From the human T2T-CHM13v2.0 reference genome, Homo sapiens, in assembly GCF_009914755.1 (NCBI RefSeq), contig NC_060925.1: a stretch of 64,000 bases of DNA; one strand, 5' to 3'. Position 1 is the first letter of the stretch. The number at the start of each line of letters is the position of its first letter. The position numbers and the translations under genes are program-made. Positions 14,305 through 31,431 of the stretch are shown here, in pieces. The notes under the pieces are model-generated. The model worked only from the letters and a program-made list of their open reading frames with translations. It was not told the DNA's origin and made no database searches.

Positions 14305-15155
14305 TGCTTTATATAGTGACCGGGAAAGTCAATCCACAGTGTCGATTTTTTTTCTTGAAGTTGCAGACTTTAGAAGGCAAACCCTCAAACCCGTCTCTTT
14401 ATGGTAAAGTGTGAAGGCACATGTTGCCAACTGTTGCACCGACTGATACTATTATTAAGTCAATGATGTCCTTCCCTTCTTCACATCAAAATTGCTATGA
14501 ATCACATATCACTTAACCTTATTATAATGAACGAAAATCACTTTTGTCTTGGGGAATTGTGAAACCTTTTGAAATCACTAGCTCTGACATAGAAGATTAC
14601 CAGACTTGAGAATTTTTATAATAAAATATGTAAGGCCAGAAAGCTTTTGGACAAGTTGGAATCTTACCCTGGTAGTCTCCAAAATCTTTTTTTTTTTTTT
14701 TTAAAGAAAGTTTACTATGTGTAATGCAAGGCACTTATGTCTCTGCTTAAAGCTACAAGGGAAAAAATGACAAGCCCAGTTTTTTTCAAGGGAAATATTT
14801 TTTCTCTGTGAAAGGTCAGTAGTAAAAGAGCTAGTTTAAAGTCATGGAGTTTTTGCCAAAAACCATGTCTCGAGGTTTTATGCATTTCTAATGGCTTTGC
14901 CCATAGGAGAGATACCCAGAGTGGCAAACAGAGGCTAAGGAAAAAAATGCTGTTCATTTAGATCAGAATAACCTCGCTCCAATCTGGAAACCACTCAAAT
15001 GACACATACAAGTCTGTATGAAAAGCAAAACAAACTCATGGTGATATGCAGTTATTCCATTCAACATGTTAAAATGAAGACAGAGTATTTTAAATGCACT
15101 CTAGTTTCCTGTTCCATCTTCAAATTAAACAATCATCCTGCTTATTCTAGAAAAC

Positions 15156-15475
<320 letters not shown>

Positions 15476-16474
15476 TGATTATATTCTGGAGTACATCCTG
15501 CCAAATAGTGCCCAGTCCTCCCTGACCTACATGATGGATAAAGTTAGGGCACTGATGTTCATCCATCCAATGCAGTGAAAGGTACTCTCTTTTAGGGTTG
15601 AAAAAAATCTCTTAGCTTTCCAGGGGGTGCAAGAAGCCCTGCATTGAGCAAAGAAAGGAAGCTAGGAAGCTCCGGTGTGAGGTCAGCCTGGGCTGGGACT
15701 CCACACTACTGTCCCAGGGAGTCGGGCAGCCTTTGTGGGGCTGGGCACTGCCTCTTTGGCTTCCTGCCTTACTGGGCAGTGCATCTGGCCATCTGCCCCT
15801 TGGACTTTGGACTTTACTTAAGAGAAAACTCAACAAGGGCAGAAAGCCCAATTCAAAACGTCTTTCTGCCTGACAGCAGGCCCCAAATAGCCCCAGCACA
15901 GCAGTGTTCTGGGTGTCCAGTTCCCACATTTCCCGAGCAGCCTGACGCATGCCAGGTCCTATGCACCAGGGATATTAAAGTGACTCAAGGAGGCAGGAAG
16001 CCATTATTCAAGGCTGTGGGTTTCTAGCAGGAAGCACAAATGATGACTAAACCCTAGTTTCTGTCTTTTAAGAGAGGAGCCACTTGGAGAGACAAGAAGT
16101 AAACCTAATTTCAACACACCATGCTAAATGCCAGGATATGAGTGAGCACTGCAGAAAGCAGAGACTGGGGGAGAAGTGGTCTTTACTTCCTTCACCTGTG
16201 GTGGGATCCCTCAAAGACATGAGGATTTAAACACGCCAAGAAAAGTTGCAACAATTAAATATGATATTATACATATACTGAGTATTATTCATGTTTATGA
16301 CCTAGAAATTCTTCATGGGAGGGCTGAAAAGGGTGATATTTTAATTTCTGGTTAAATGGTTGAACTGTGTGTGAAGCAAATGCTCTAAAGAACTGACATA
16401 AATTTACTCGATAGTGATGATCTAAACAAGTTCTCAACAAATATGTTGAGATCTGATGTTAAAATTTGGGGAGG

Positions 16475-16821
<347 letters not shown>

Positions 16822-18171
16822 TTAGGAAATGATCTGGTATTTTTCTGAAGGAGAAAAGAACAACTCCTTTTAATCTTTTGGAAGCAAGTCTCTTCCATTT
16901 TCAACATTAATGGTTATAGGTCACCATCCGTTAAGAAGATGTGTTTTGTCTATTTCCATTAAAATGTAAGTTCTAGGAGGAAGGAACAAAGTTGTTTTTC
17001 GCCATGGTATCCCCAGTGCTTGGTATATAACAGAGACTCAATTAGCTTGCTGAATGACCAAACAAATGATTTCAGCTTTTGATAACATCTTTGGAACTTG
17101 AGAGCATACACCTTGGCTTTTGTCTTTATTCATTTATTTATTTATTCATTCATTTTGTGCCCTTCTGGGAATGAACCAGGACTATTTGAATGGAAAGAGA
17201 AAAAAAAAAGCTGTCATAGTTTAAAAATTGGCATATGTTCTCTTCCAGATTAAATTCCCTTGGACCTTTTAATTTATGCTAGAACAAGCACTTATCTTTT
17301 CTTTTTTTTATTACTAAGCCCAACACAGTGCGTGGCATGCAGTAACTGTTCAAATAATGTTTGTTTAATTGACGGGTTTTAAGCTCGATAACTTAGCTAA
17401 GCCCTTTGCACAGTCTAAGCCTAATTTGGAATGCTTTCAGTCTTACCCAGGCCAATAAAATTTTCTTGCCTCATCTGAATTTCCTGCAAATGTGATTAAT
17501 TAATAAGAATCATCAAGATTAATTAATAAGAAATTGATAGCAGGATGAGTAACAGGCCCAGACAGTCCCACAGATCACACCTTCCACCCTCCATTTCCGC
17601 TTAGCTTCTCTTGAATCTATTGGGCATGATTGCCTCTGTGGGGGCTACAGCCAGCACGGGTGACTGTTCATGACCTACCCTCTCTTGCAGTCTGACTGTG
17701 GACAAATGCCGAGTCCTTAAGAGATGGTGAAGTAGGCATAGTAGATAGTAAAGGTAGACTTACAGTATACATTTGCATTCTCAAACAAAATTAAAAAGCC
17801 TTAAAGTGCACAAGAAGATTGCACAATTGAAAAGTGCAGAGTATACTCAAAACTGTCATCCTACTGTTTTCTCAGTCTTCCCTGCAATACTATTCCCTCC
17901 TCAGACATCCTCAGCTCCCTCTCACCCCAAGTATGCCATTGTCTTTGTAATTCTTATTAAAATACTAAAGCAAAAATTCATCGTAGAACAATTCATGTCC
18001 ACAAAGGTTTGCCTCAGTTGCTCATGCCCTGTATGCATTTCCTCTGGTTTTATTATTCAAATTAAGAAAATACTTAAAAATTTTTTGGTAACAGCTTGCA
18101 TGCAACCCCTAAGTGTACCCCTATAACCCTTTGGCTTTTTTCAGAGAAAGACTTCAGCCAAATTGTCCCTT

Positions 18172-19292
18172 TCACTCCTCTGAGGGCAGCTCTGGGAAAC
18201 TCTCCTGACCACCTTCTCCCTCCTTCACGTCATCTTTGTGTGACAGCAGGACATCCGGGTTTGGAGCATCCTCCACCACCCACTGACACTCATGAATACG
18301 GGCTACCTTGATCTCCTCTGCATTCACACTGGCCGTGGCCTGGGCCGCGCTGCTTTGCCCTCCCATCTCTTCTTGTTCCTCAGAAACCTGGCTCTCACTG
18401 AGGCAGATGGGGTCAGAACCTAAGGTGCAGCCCTCTTGCTGTGAGGCATCCCCTTCCTCGGTACACTTGCCCCCTCTTCCTTCATGGGCAGTGAGTGTGC
18501 AGGCCTCTCCTGGGAGCTCCCCCTCCATGGGCCCCAGGGGCTCCTCGGTGAGCCCTCCACTGGCTGGCGGAGAGGCTGGGCTGCCTACCTCTGGAAATCC
18601 CCCCAACTCCTCCCCATGGGCCTCGGGACAGGGAGGTTGGGCCTCCCTCTCGCTGACTTCACTTTCTTCACAGTTGTCGGGGTGGATGGCAGCTGCCTGA
18701 CTGGGCTCTTTTTCCTCTTCTTCTTCATTTTCTTGGGGAACGTGGCTCTCCCCATTCGTATCTTCTTCCATCACTGGAGCAGAGTCCACTGGTACTTCCA
18801 CGGACGCTGTCAGCAACTTTCTGAGCGCCTTCAAAGAACCCGAGGCAGTGATGGGTTCTGGCTCTTCCTGGGCGGGTTCTTCATCCTCAAGGGTCCCTCC
18901 AAACTCCAGCTCTGATGAGCATGTGCCCGGGAGTCCTGCTGTGTCCTCTGTTGCCACAGGATTCACCACGGGGTCATCCACTCTTGAAATAATCACCTGC
19001 TCAGTCCCATCTGGGGGTGGGCTTGGCCCAGGGAGAGAAAGGCTTTCTCCTTTGGCCAACGAGCTAGGGACCTCAGGCTGCTTCTCTTCCTCTGACTCCT
19101 GGAATACTTCGTTACTGAGGGTCTCACTACCCAGAACTCCTGGCAGAATGGCAGAAGCTCTCCTGGCAGGGCTGGCCTGGTTTGACCCTGTGGGGGGCTT
19201 TAGATCTGTTAAGCTGGACACACTTTCACTGGGCAAGGCCATGTTATCTTCAAATAAGTTGTGTTTCTTCAAGATAGCAGCTTCCTTTATCA
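18172..19292 (-). CDS. NIBAN1: NIBAN1 terminal exon 14, coding part (1121 bp): acidic, low-complexity C-terminal tail ending ESFPELPSEE*
   Basis: 373-aa ORF 18172..19293; tctcag| acceptor; TGA at 18172-18174. The nine exons sum to 2186 nt, consistent with a recalled 928-aa protein if 601 coding nt lie upstream of the window. Confidence 0.97.
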
Positions 19293-20247
19293 CTGAGAGA
19301 TATCAGAAAACAAAACATGATTTTCTGATTTTATTGAGAAGCCAAAGTCCCCTTTCAGCCTCTCTGGCTATCCAAATTTCTCCATTTCAAGACCCAGCTT
19401 ACATCCAGGGAGCCTTCCCTGATGACCAAAGTCTATAAACTCTTTCCAAACTCTGAGCCTCTGTAGCATTCATTCATTCATTTATTCAAACAGCAAACAT
19501 TTGCAGGACATTTAACATGGGACAGGCCCTGGGAATCCAGAGATGAATAAACTATAGCCTTTGTTTTCAAGACACTCAGGGTCTGCAGTAGTGTCACCTG
19601 TATCCCTCAGGGAGGCCCCAGCACATTTTATTAGCTGCTAAGATGGGTGGCTCCAGTTTGTCCACCTGGACTGAAATCCTCTAGGGCAGGGCCAGGCCTT
19701 ACACTTATCTGCTTTACCTTGCAGTACAGTCCTGAATGTGTAATAGGTACTCGGTACTGCACATGCAGAGGAGAGGGCCAAAATGAAGATCCATGTGCAT
19801 CTAGCTCAGTTTCAAAGGCCTCCAGAGGGGCAAATCCAATAACAACAACAACAACAGCAGGTGACATTTTTGACCACAGGCCTCCTACTTATGGCTGTGC
19901 AGGGGCTGTAGTGCCCAAAAATATCACATCTCAGGGGTGCCATTCATATCAAAGACAGAACAGATTTGTGTATTCGGCATAACTTTTCAGCATCTAGCTG
20001 CAGAGTTTCCTTCTCTAACAAAATCAATATATTGTGACAATTTTCTAACAGACAGCAATAAAGTGTCTGGAGGAAAGGAGTCTTTTTCTAAATCACCCAA
20101 AAGTGCCCATGGTGGGCTGGCAGTGGCCTTGACCGAGCCCTTCCTTTGTGTAGACACTGTGCTGACATCTTCATATTGCTGGTCTCACTGGATTCCCTAG
20201 AATTAGCTACTAGGACCTTGGGCTTGTCCTTGGCCAGTTTTCATTGA

Positions 20248-20694
<447 letters not shown>

Positions 20695-21273
20695 TGATTC
20701 CTGAGGATACTGGATGCCGGAGTCCCACCGAGACTTGCGTGGCACTGCATCATCACCCTGCACCTTTTTCTGTCTGGCTGAGTGGAGTCTGGGAATGTGT
20801 TGAGAGAGCCATTAATAAGCCTTGCTGCTGGAATTGCCTCTTCTCAGCTTTGGTGGGTGGGGGGCAGGGGCAGTTACAAGCCTGTGCCTAAGAAAAGCCC
20901 TTTTCCCTTTGTTCTGTCTGGAATAGCAAGAGGAAGACAGCTCTTCATGAGAGACCCGAGATTTAATCTCACTAAGCCTCAACTTTCTCATCTGTAAAAT
21001 GAAACTTAAAATTCCCATCTCACAGCATTCATATTTGTGTATTAAAAAGGGAAAATAACATCTAAAGTGCCAGCTTTGTGTGTGCTTAATCATAACACTC
21101 AATCAAGGTTAGTATCCTTCCTTCTTTCCTTCCCTCTCCTCACTGTCTGTCTCCCTCCCTCACCAATGTCCATTTCCTCTTCTCTTTTCCTCCCTGACTG
21201 GCCTTACAGAGTCCTATTTCAGGGATGCTCCCCTCTATGGAGTGTCCCTGCAGCACCAGGTAACCTTTCTTAC

Positions 21274-21385
21274 CTTTCAGAGTTTCATCAAGCAGGATCT
21301 GATGTAAAATCTCCTCATAGACATTTTCAACGTGAATCATATTGGTATGATCTGCAAAGATGAACTGCTCGTATTTCTGAAGCTC
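21274..21385 (-). CDS. NIBAN1: NIBAN1 exon 13, 112 bp: ELQKYEQFIFADHTNMIHVENVYEEILHQILLDETLK
   Basis: ctccag| acceptor, |gtaaga donor; ends phase 1. Confidence 0.95.
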
Positions 21386-22221
21386 CTGGAGAGCAAGAGA
21401 TTAGAAGATAAAGATGAAAAGGCATGAGATGCCTGTTCTTAGAGGAGATACAGAAAGGACGATTCCCACTCATGATTCTCTTCTTGGAGGGCATAAGAGA
21501 AGGACCATGTTGGCCCAGGGGCAAATTACTCAATTCAATAATATTTTATTGGGTTCCCTTCAATTCAATTCACTGTCTAGGCACCATGCCTGACCTCGAC
21601 ACATCTATTACTGTCCATGATAAGGTGTGGAACTCACTCAGCCATTGGTGGTTCCTTTCCCTTTCCTTGTACTGGCCACGCATTTTATGCACTTCATGGG
21701 AGAAGACAGCAGTGATTTTTTTTTATCATCTCAAGGCCTCATTAGCAGGTTTGGAGCCTCCTTTTTTCCCCTCATCACCAAGATGTTTCCTTCTTTCTTT
21801 TTTGTTTAATCACAATAGCACTTTACCAAGGTAAGTTATATATAGTAAAATGTACAGATAAGTTCAGCTCAATGATTTTAAATATGTAAATATACTTATG
21901 TAACCATAACCCAGATCAAGGAGAACATTTCCATCACCCCCAAAGTTCCCCCACCCCACTTTCCAGTCTGCACCTCCCAAGATATGAGCACTGATTTTAT
22001 ACCTATCATGATAGTTTTTGCTTGTTCTTGAACTTTATAGAAATGAAATCATAATTATTTTGCATTTGTTTTTGAGATTCATCCATGTTGCTGCATCTAT
22101 CAGTAGCTCATTCCTTTTTATTGTTAAGTAGTATTCATTATATGGATAAACAAAAATTGTTTATCTGCACTCAGGTTGATAAAAATTGAGATTTTTTTTC
22201 AATTTTCAACCATAAATATAA

Positions 22222-23908
<1,687 letters not shown>

Positions 23909-26780
23909 TCATAAATATAACTGCTGTGAACATTCTTGTACATATGTTTTTGTGGATTTAAGGGCTTGTTTATGTTGGGCATATACCTAAAAGTGAAGTT
24001 GTTGGGTCATAGGGTAGATGTATGCTTAACTTTATCAGAATGGGGCCACTTTGGGGGTTGGGAGACTCTGTAGTCAAGGGCTCTTCAGAAACATTCTCTT
24101 TCTCTTCAGCTGGCCCTGACATTCATTGATTCCTTCTAGGATAGCTCAGGCATGGTGCATCCCTTAACTCTCTCTCCTTTCCAAGGGTTTCCAAATGGCT
24201 TGCCTTTTATCGGCATGAGGACAGGGCAGGGATCAAAATGTACCAAATCATATCCCATGATTAACTCAGTAATCCTTGCACCTGGTGGTGCTGGGGGAAG
24301 GCTTCCCACATGTGGCTCTTAGAGAATCAGGGACTTAGCCATGGGATTTGCGGTCTCTTGCCTGGAAGGACAGTATTTACAGCAGGTGATCAGAAGCACC
24401 ACCTCAGACAACTCTCAGTGCTGGGACTTTGGGGCACTGTAGCCCAGATCACAGCGGGTAATAATGGGTTCCTTTATACCCAACCAAGAAGAAAGGCAAA
24501 GGATTGAAGAGACATGAGCTTCAAAGACCCCTAGAGGGTCTAGAGGCAGGACTGTTGCACAGATTTGAGAAAAGCATTGCCCAGGAGACTGGAGACTGCC
24601 CTGGACTAGACATGGGACCTTGGTGAGCCATATCACTGCTCTGTGCCTCTGTCTCTTCCTCTGCTAAATGAGAGGCACAGATTCATGCCTGCAACACCCT
24701 TTCATCCTTCCCACGTGGTCCCCCATTCCTATTCCCCTGATTGGCATTCATCCCTCAGGACTGGGTGAAAGCATGACTCTGGAAGTCCTTCCTGGCTGTA
24801 TAAGCAGAGTTTGGCACTTTCCTTGGAACTCTTCCCCATGAGGCAACTGCTGTGTTCCTCACATGGCATCCTGTTTGCCTGTCTCCTGCTCTCTACTGTG
24901 AACTCCAGGACTTCAGGGATGCTGGGCTGGCACAATGCCTGGATCACATGTGATACAAATCTAATACATATTTGCTGACTCAATAAACAGTAGACCTTTA
25001 AATTTTCAACCAGCTAAATAATTCTGTGGGAAGGAGTACTTTCTATGGACATATATACTGTCATGAAGTGACCAACTTTACAAAACAGGTGTTTTATATT
25101 GAATTGATTGAACAGGGCCATAGGTTTACTTCCCTGGGCCAATTAATTTGGTATCTCTGAAGGTAGGTGTTGGGGAGTCAGAATCATTTTTTTCACAGTT
25201 CCCCAGACAATTCTAATACACAGCTTGGGCTGAGGCTGAGTACCACAGATCTAGGAAGCTGCTACTTATAGAACCAAGGGAAATGCACTTTAGCAAAATA
25301 AAGACTCCTTCTAGGAAGCAGATAATCCCCTCATTCATCTATTCTGCAAATCCAGATTTTTAAAAAGCTCTTGATGCTGATATAATATCCTCCATTACCA
25401 AAACCTCTGGGTCACAGGCTCTTTTGAAATCAATGCCTCCTGATTAAAAAATTACAAGAGCCTCTTACAGATTGGGCACAGCACACTATGTTGATGCTTG
25501 GAAAGAGGGGAGCCGATGAGAAGGAGAACTCTCCTTACCTTTCTCCTGAGAGAAGGTGGATCTGAGGCCCCCAAACTGCCTTTGTGATTGAAAAAAAAAA
25601 TCCTAAGCAGAACATCTGTGTGCAAACCCACCTAGCAGTGGACACCATCATCATTTGGCTGCTGAACTGTTCTGCCATGTAAGGCCAAAGGTCAATCCCT
25701 TGGCTTAATCAAATCCTTTCCTATGAAAGAAATATGCCCCACAAATAAATGCCAAATATATCTAATACGCTATGAGGATGTGAAGGAAAACAGCACTTAC
25801 AGACTATAAAAATGACCAATGACATGTTGCAGTAAAATAACTTATGCAAAGGATTTTAACGTTCCAGTGCTTGGAGACTCTCCGAGCTGCCAAAAAGCCC
25901 TTTTTTAAATTCCAAAAACCTCTTTATCATTTGCTCCAAAACGGAGCAGGCCTTGCTTCAGGTTAATAGATTATTTTTGAAATGTAGAAGTAGTAATAAT
26001 AATAGTGGTAGTAGTACTTGATACCATTTTCTGAGTGCCTATCATGTTTTAGGTAAGCAAGAACTGGGTTCACACTCTGGTGGTCACCAGGTCTGTGGCC
26101 TCGGCTCAGTGGCTTAACCACTCAGGTTTCCTCATTTGTACCATGAGGATATAAATAATACCTCCTCCCAGAGCTGTTTTCAGTCTCTGCTGGCCCATTG
26201 CTCTGCTCTACAGATGAAGTCACACCCTCGCAATCATGGTTCTCACTGGATGCTCAATGTTTGTAGAGGTTTTAAGTGGTTTCATTGATTTCATTAAACA
26301 ACATTGCTGGATTTAACAGAACAAATATCCTGTAATTATGTTAGCTAATATCTTTTTTGGATACAGTGGTCAAGTTTCAGAGGACACGTTGGACCTATGA
26401 GTCATACTATAATGAGAAACACCTGGTATCCTTAGGTATTCTATGTCAACCCCTAGTTTGGCTCAAATTCAGATCACTGCCCTTTGAGATTTTGTCTAGT
26501 CCAGGGGTCAGCATATCTGGCTAGCATCTTGTTTTTGCAAATAAAGTCTGTTTATATATAGTCAATGGCTGTTTGTGTGCTACAACAGCAGAGCTGAATA
26601 GTTGCAACAGAAATAGTGCAGTCCATGAAGCTTAAAATATTTACTATCTGACCATTTACAAAAATGTCTGCCAATCCCTCCCTGGTCTAGTCTGCTGTTT
26701 GCCAGTACACATCACAAAAGAACTTGTTTGAACTTCAGAGGTAAGAAGAGCAAGCTCTTTAGGGTAACTCATCCCCTTAC

Positions 26781-26888
26781 TGGTTTGCATGTGGACGCCA
26801 GTGCCTTCTGCACAGTGGGAAGTGTGATTTGAACTAGTGCCTCTTGAAATATCTTCTTTCGGATGGTGCTGCTGTCATAATCATATTG
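26781..26888 (-). CDS. NIBAN1: NIBAN1 exon 12, 108 bp: QYDYDSSTIRKKIFQEALVQITLPTVQKALASTCKP
   Basis: Read manually; tgacag| acceptor, |gtaagg donor. Confidence 0.95.
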
Positions 26889-27965
26889 CTGTCAATAAAG
26901 AAACATATGTTAAATAGTAACATTACAATCTGTTGACTTATGTTTACTCAAAAAACTCAGCCACCCACTTCACCTCTCTTTTCCTCCTAATGTCTGAGAA
27001 CTCTTGTATTTCCAAGGCCTCAGAGATCTTTCCATGTAATTCCCTCACACTGCAGGCACAGGTTATAACTGATAATGACCCATCTCACTCTTACCTTTTA
27101 CAGGTATGGAAACTGAGGCAAGATCAAAACAGAATGGTGAGTTCTGCATTATAAAGAAGTTGGGGATAGAACTGGGGGGTGAGTTTGTATTTTATTACTC
27201 CTGTCCCAGGTAGGTCCATGGAAACCATGATCATCTATTACTCCACATCTTCAAACCAGGGTCAGTGGGTTGTAATGATTTGAACAAGGGAAGAGAAGGC
27301 CTGGCTAGTGGCTCCATTAACACTGTGACATGTTAACCAAAGAAGTTCAGTATCCAGAACAAGAAAGATGACGATTCTGTCTGTTCTGCATTGGACATCC
27401 CAACATGGAGACCAGGATTTAATTGTGGATCTCACTTCAAGGGGATCACAGATAAATAAGAGTATAGTCATAGGCAGCGAGAAGAATGGTCAGGCCAAGT
27501 GAAGAATAGTTAAAGAGATGAAGGTGTTTATACTGGAGATAATAAGTTAGGGCAAGTTATAACTCTATTCAAACAACCAAAGGCTGCCACGTGGAAGAAG
27601 GTTATGAATGAAGGGGGTAGAACTGGAATAACCAGTGGTGAGAACTTTGGCCTAACATGAGAAAGCATGTTCTTGCTGTCAAGAACTAAAATGGGCTATC
27701 CTGAGAGGTAGAAAGTATCCTGCCAGTGCAGGTGTCGGAGCACTAGTGGGACCACCCCTTGAGGGAACCTGCTGAACACTGAATATGAAGTTGAACTAAA
27801 GGCACTCAAAATCTCTTTGAAACCTGAGGTCCTAATATTTCAACACCTTTCTACATTTTTTCTTCCTTTCTTTCTGTACGCTAAAGCATTTGACACTGAC
27901 ACTATCTTTTTTTTTTTAGTTGCATTGCAATTTCATCATTATGTGTGTTATCATGAGCAATATTG

Positions 27966-28283
<318 letters not shown>

Positions 28284-29141
28284 CCAATATTGTTTTTAAT
28301 ATCAATGATTTAGTTGCTAGAGTTTCCTCTTGCCTGTGAGGCATCAAGATCAAGTCTGAAATTCAGAGACCACCCCTAGGCTCTGTGGGACTTTGATCTT
28401 CTGTTCCAAGGCAATGTTTAGGGGAACTAGAAGGCAGTAAAAAAAATTAGTGGACTAGGTGTATGATCGTTTATCCTTAAGCTCACCATTGATCAGCCTG
28501 TTGAGCTTAATTAAGTCACATTAGCTTTTACAGAATCAGTTCCTCATCTGTACAATGGGGGAATATTCTAGTTAATGCACAAGTTCTTGTGGGGATCAGG
28601 TAAGAGGCTTTAAAATATAACATATATGTGAAAGCTCCTATTATTAAAACTATTTTAATAAACACTCTGAAGTACATTTAAAACAATTTCATATGGTAGA
28701 TTTCTTTTCTTTGGAGTATTTCCTTTGCCATGAGGTTCTGATTTTTCAAAATCAATAAATTATTCGCCAGTTTAATGGATTTTACTATATTGTAACCTCT
28801 TTGAAGAAAGAGGCTGTGCCTTGCCTACTTTTACATCCCATGCAGTGCTTATAGTGGACAGCTAATACGTGTTTGTCGAGTTGGATCTCTATGAAGGCTG
28901 GGACGCGGGGCCTGTAGCTGTGGGTAATGATGCTGAGGACCAGCAGTGGCCGCTAGATGGCAGAAGAGGCATGGAAGTCACACTGGAGAAACTGCAGCGG
29001 ACTGACAGTCACTGGACTTGGGAGAGAAAGGAGTGGGGAAAGATTAGAGCTAAGGAGAGAACTTGGTATTTTCCACTTTACAAAAGAAACAGGGGTCACG
29101 TTCTCTTTTTATGCTTCCCACAAACAAGAGAACGGTTTTAC

Positions 29142-29252
29142 CTTTAAGACTCGGAGTTTAACCTTCTCAATGGCAACTGCAGTTTTGGAGGCCTCTCCTT
29201 GGAGATGTGGGGAAAGCAACTGCTCAAAAGTGAACACTGCATTCTCCATTAG
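29142..29252 (-). CDS. NIBAN1: NIBAN1 exon 11, 111 bp: LMENAVFTFEQLLSPHLQGEASKTAVAIEKVKLRVLK
   Basis: Read manually (absent from ORF track); tttctag| acceptor, |gtaaaa donor. Confidence 0.95.
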
Positions 29253-29960
29253 CTAGAAACCAGAAGCGACACAGAAACAGACAACAGTCAGGGGCTGGGA
29301 TCACCACCCACAGGCCTGGCTAAGTGGGACTGCAGAGTAGGGGCCATCAGAGATGAGTCCCCTCGGCTGCTATTCGGTGGGGGTACCCAAGGCAACATCA
29401 CCCCATCACCAGGGCTGTGAAACAAATGGTCACGTGGTCACAGTGGGAGCAGGAAGAAGTTGGAAAACCCAAGGCCATGGGACTGAGCAAGCATTCTGTC
29501 ATCTCCCGTGGGCACTCCTATTCTTTGATACCTGCAGCCACTGATTAAGGGATGAGGCTGGAGCCTTCTTCAACTAGTTTTTGGTGGCACCTCCACTTTA
29601 AGTAGATGTAAACCGCTCCACAGCTTATCTCTCCCTCTCTCTGCAGGGCTGGGAAGAGAGGCAGGGTCAGGGATGGGTGGGGACAGTGGCTGACATGTTC
29701 ATGGGTCAGAAAGCAGAAGTAGTTCAGGTATCTTATTCTCTGCACCTTTGCCTGTGTTCCCGTCACCAGGGTCCAGTATTACGAAAGAGACTTCTGCTAA
29801 ACTGTTGCCCAATTTTGTTCCTCGTTCCTCTTTCATCCCTCACAACTCAAGGGTTAGTTAGCTAAAATGTATCACTTAATCCTGCCCATAACCTTTATGA
29901 AAAAAAAAGTTCTCCTTTCTTCCCCAAGCCCGTGGTCCCAAAGCATCCAATATATACCTT

Positions 29961-30311
<351 letters not shown>

Positions 30312-30701
30312 TAAGAATTTGTCTCACTCAAGCTCCCTGAAGTGGGATCTGGTACAGTGTCCGGCCCACAGTAATCTCTCCTCAGAATATCTGTGTGAAA
30401 TGGCATGGTGTCCTTTAGAGCTTTGGTGACCGTACCCCTTATTCATTTAGGAAACACTATAATACGGAAGGAGTTTGTGCTATTCATTCCTGTTACTGGG
30501 GAAAAGGTTCCTTATGAAAAAAAAAAAAAAGAAACCTGTCAAGTAGACTCAAGAAATTCAAATATGAAGCTGTGATTGATTGATTGGTTTACTCTTAATT
30601 ACGTTAGGGAATTAATTTAAGCCAGTGGCTCTCAATCCTGGCTGCATATTAGAAACAGTAGGAATCAGGGTAGGGAAGTTCTATCAAAAAGTAGCCATAT
30701 A

Positions 30702-30967
30702 GGCTGGGTGTGGTGGCTTATGCCTGTAATCCCAGCACTTTGGGAGGCCGAGGTGGGCAGTTCACTTGAGGTCAAGAGTTTGAGACCAGCCTGGCCAACA
30801 CAGTAAAAACCCCATCTCTACTAAAAATACAAAAATTAGCCAGACATGGTGGCACATGCCTGTAGTCCCAGCTACTCAGGAAGTTGAGGCAAGACAATCA
30901 CTTGAACCCGGGAGGCAAAGGTTGCATGCAGTGAGCCAAGATCATGCCACTGCACGCCAGCCTGGAC
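30702..30967 (+). mobile_element. 3'-truncated, tail-less Alu within a MER5A-like relic, intron 10
   Basis: Alu consensus stops at cagcctggaca, then MER5A-like ccccaggtgattcc follows. Confidence 0.8.
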
Positions 30968-31269
30968 ATCAGTATTTCCCCCAGGTGATTCCAATGTGTA
31001 GCCAAGGTTACAGCACTGATTTGACAAATCAAGTAGTTATCAATTAATGCTACTTTATTTTTCTGAGCTATGTCTTGTCTATGATGTTCATCCACATGGA
31101 TGGAAGATGAAGCCAGTGGAGGGACAGAACGTGTCCTCCCGCAACATGATGGCTAAAGAGACGCGACGTATTTCCCTGAGCTACACTAGCAGCTGGTCTC
31201 ACTGGCCAGCACCCATTTCTCTGCTCTCTCTTTACCCTCATCCACCACGGATGCCCCTGCCACACCCAC

Positions 31270-31431
31270 CTCCTGCATGTAGTTCTGTGTCCTCTGAACC
31301 ACCAGATCAATGTGGGGGAATCTGAAGCGGCTCTTGAGATCCTGCAGGCGCTCGTGAAGCAGGTTGACTTTAGTATAACAAGGTTCCATCTTCACGGAAT
31401 GCAGCGGAAGATTCATAAGCCGGTCTAGATG
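31270..31431 (-). CDS. NIBAN1: NIBAN1 exon 10, 162 bp: HLDRLMNLPLHSVKMEPCYTKVNLLHERLQDLKSRFRFPHIDLVVQRTQNYMQE
   Basis: atgcag| acceptor, |gtgggt donor; phase 0/0. Confidence 0.95.

Noticed and set aside
18308-19438. Plus-strand ORFs of 130, 143 and 196 aa overlapping the last exon
   Set aside because: Antisense shadows of a GC-rich coding exon; no independent evidence of coding function
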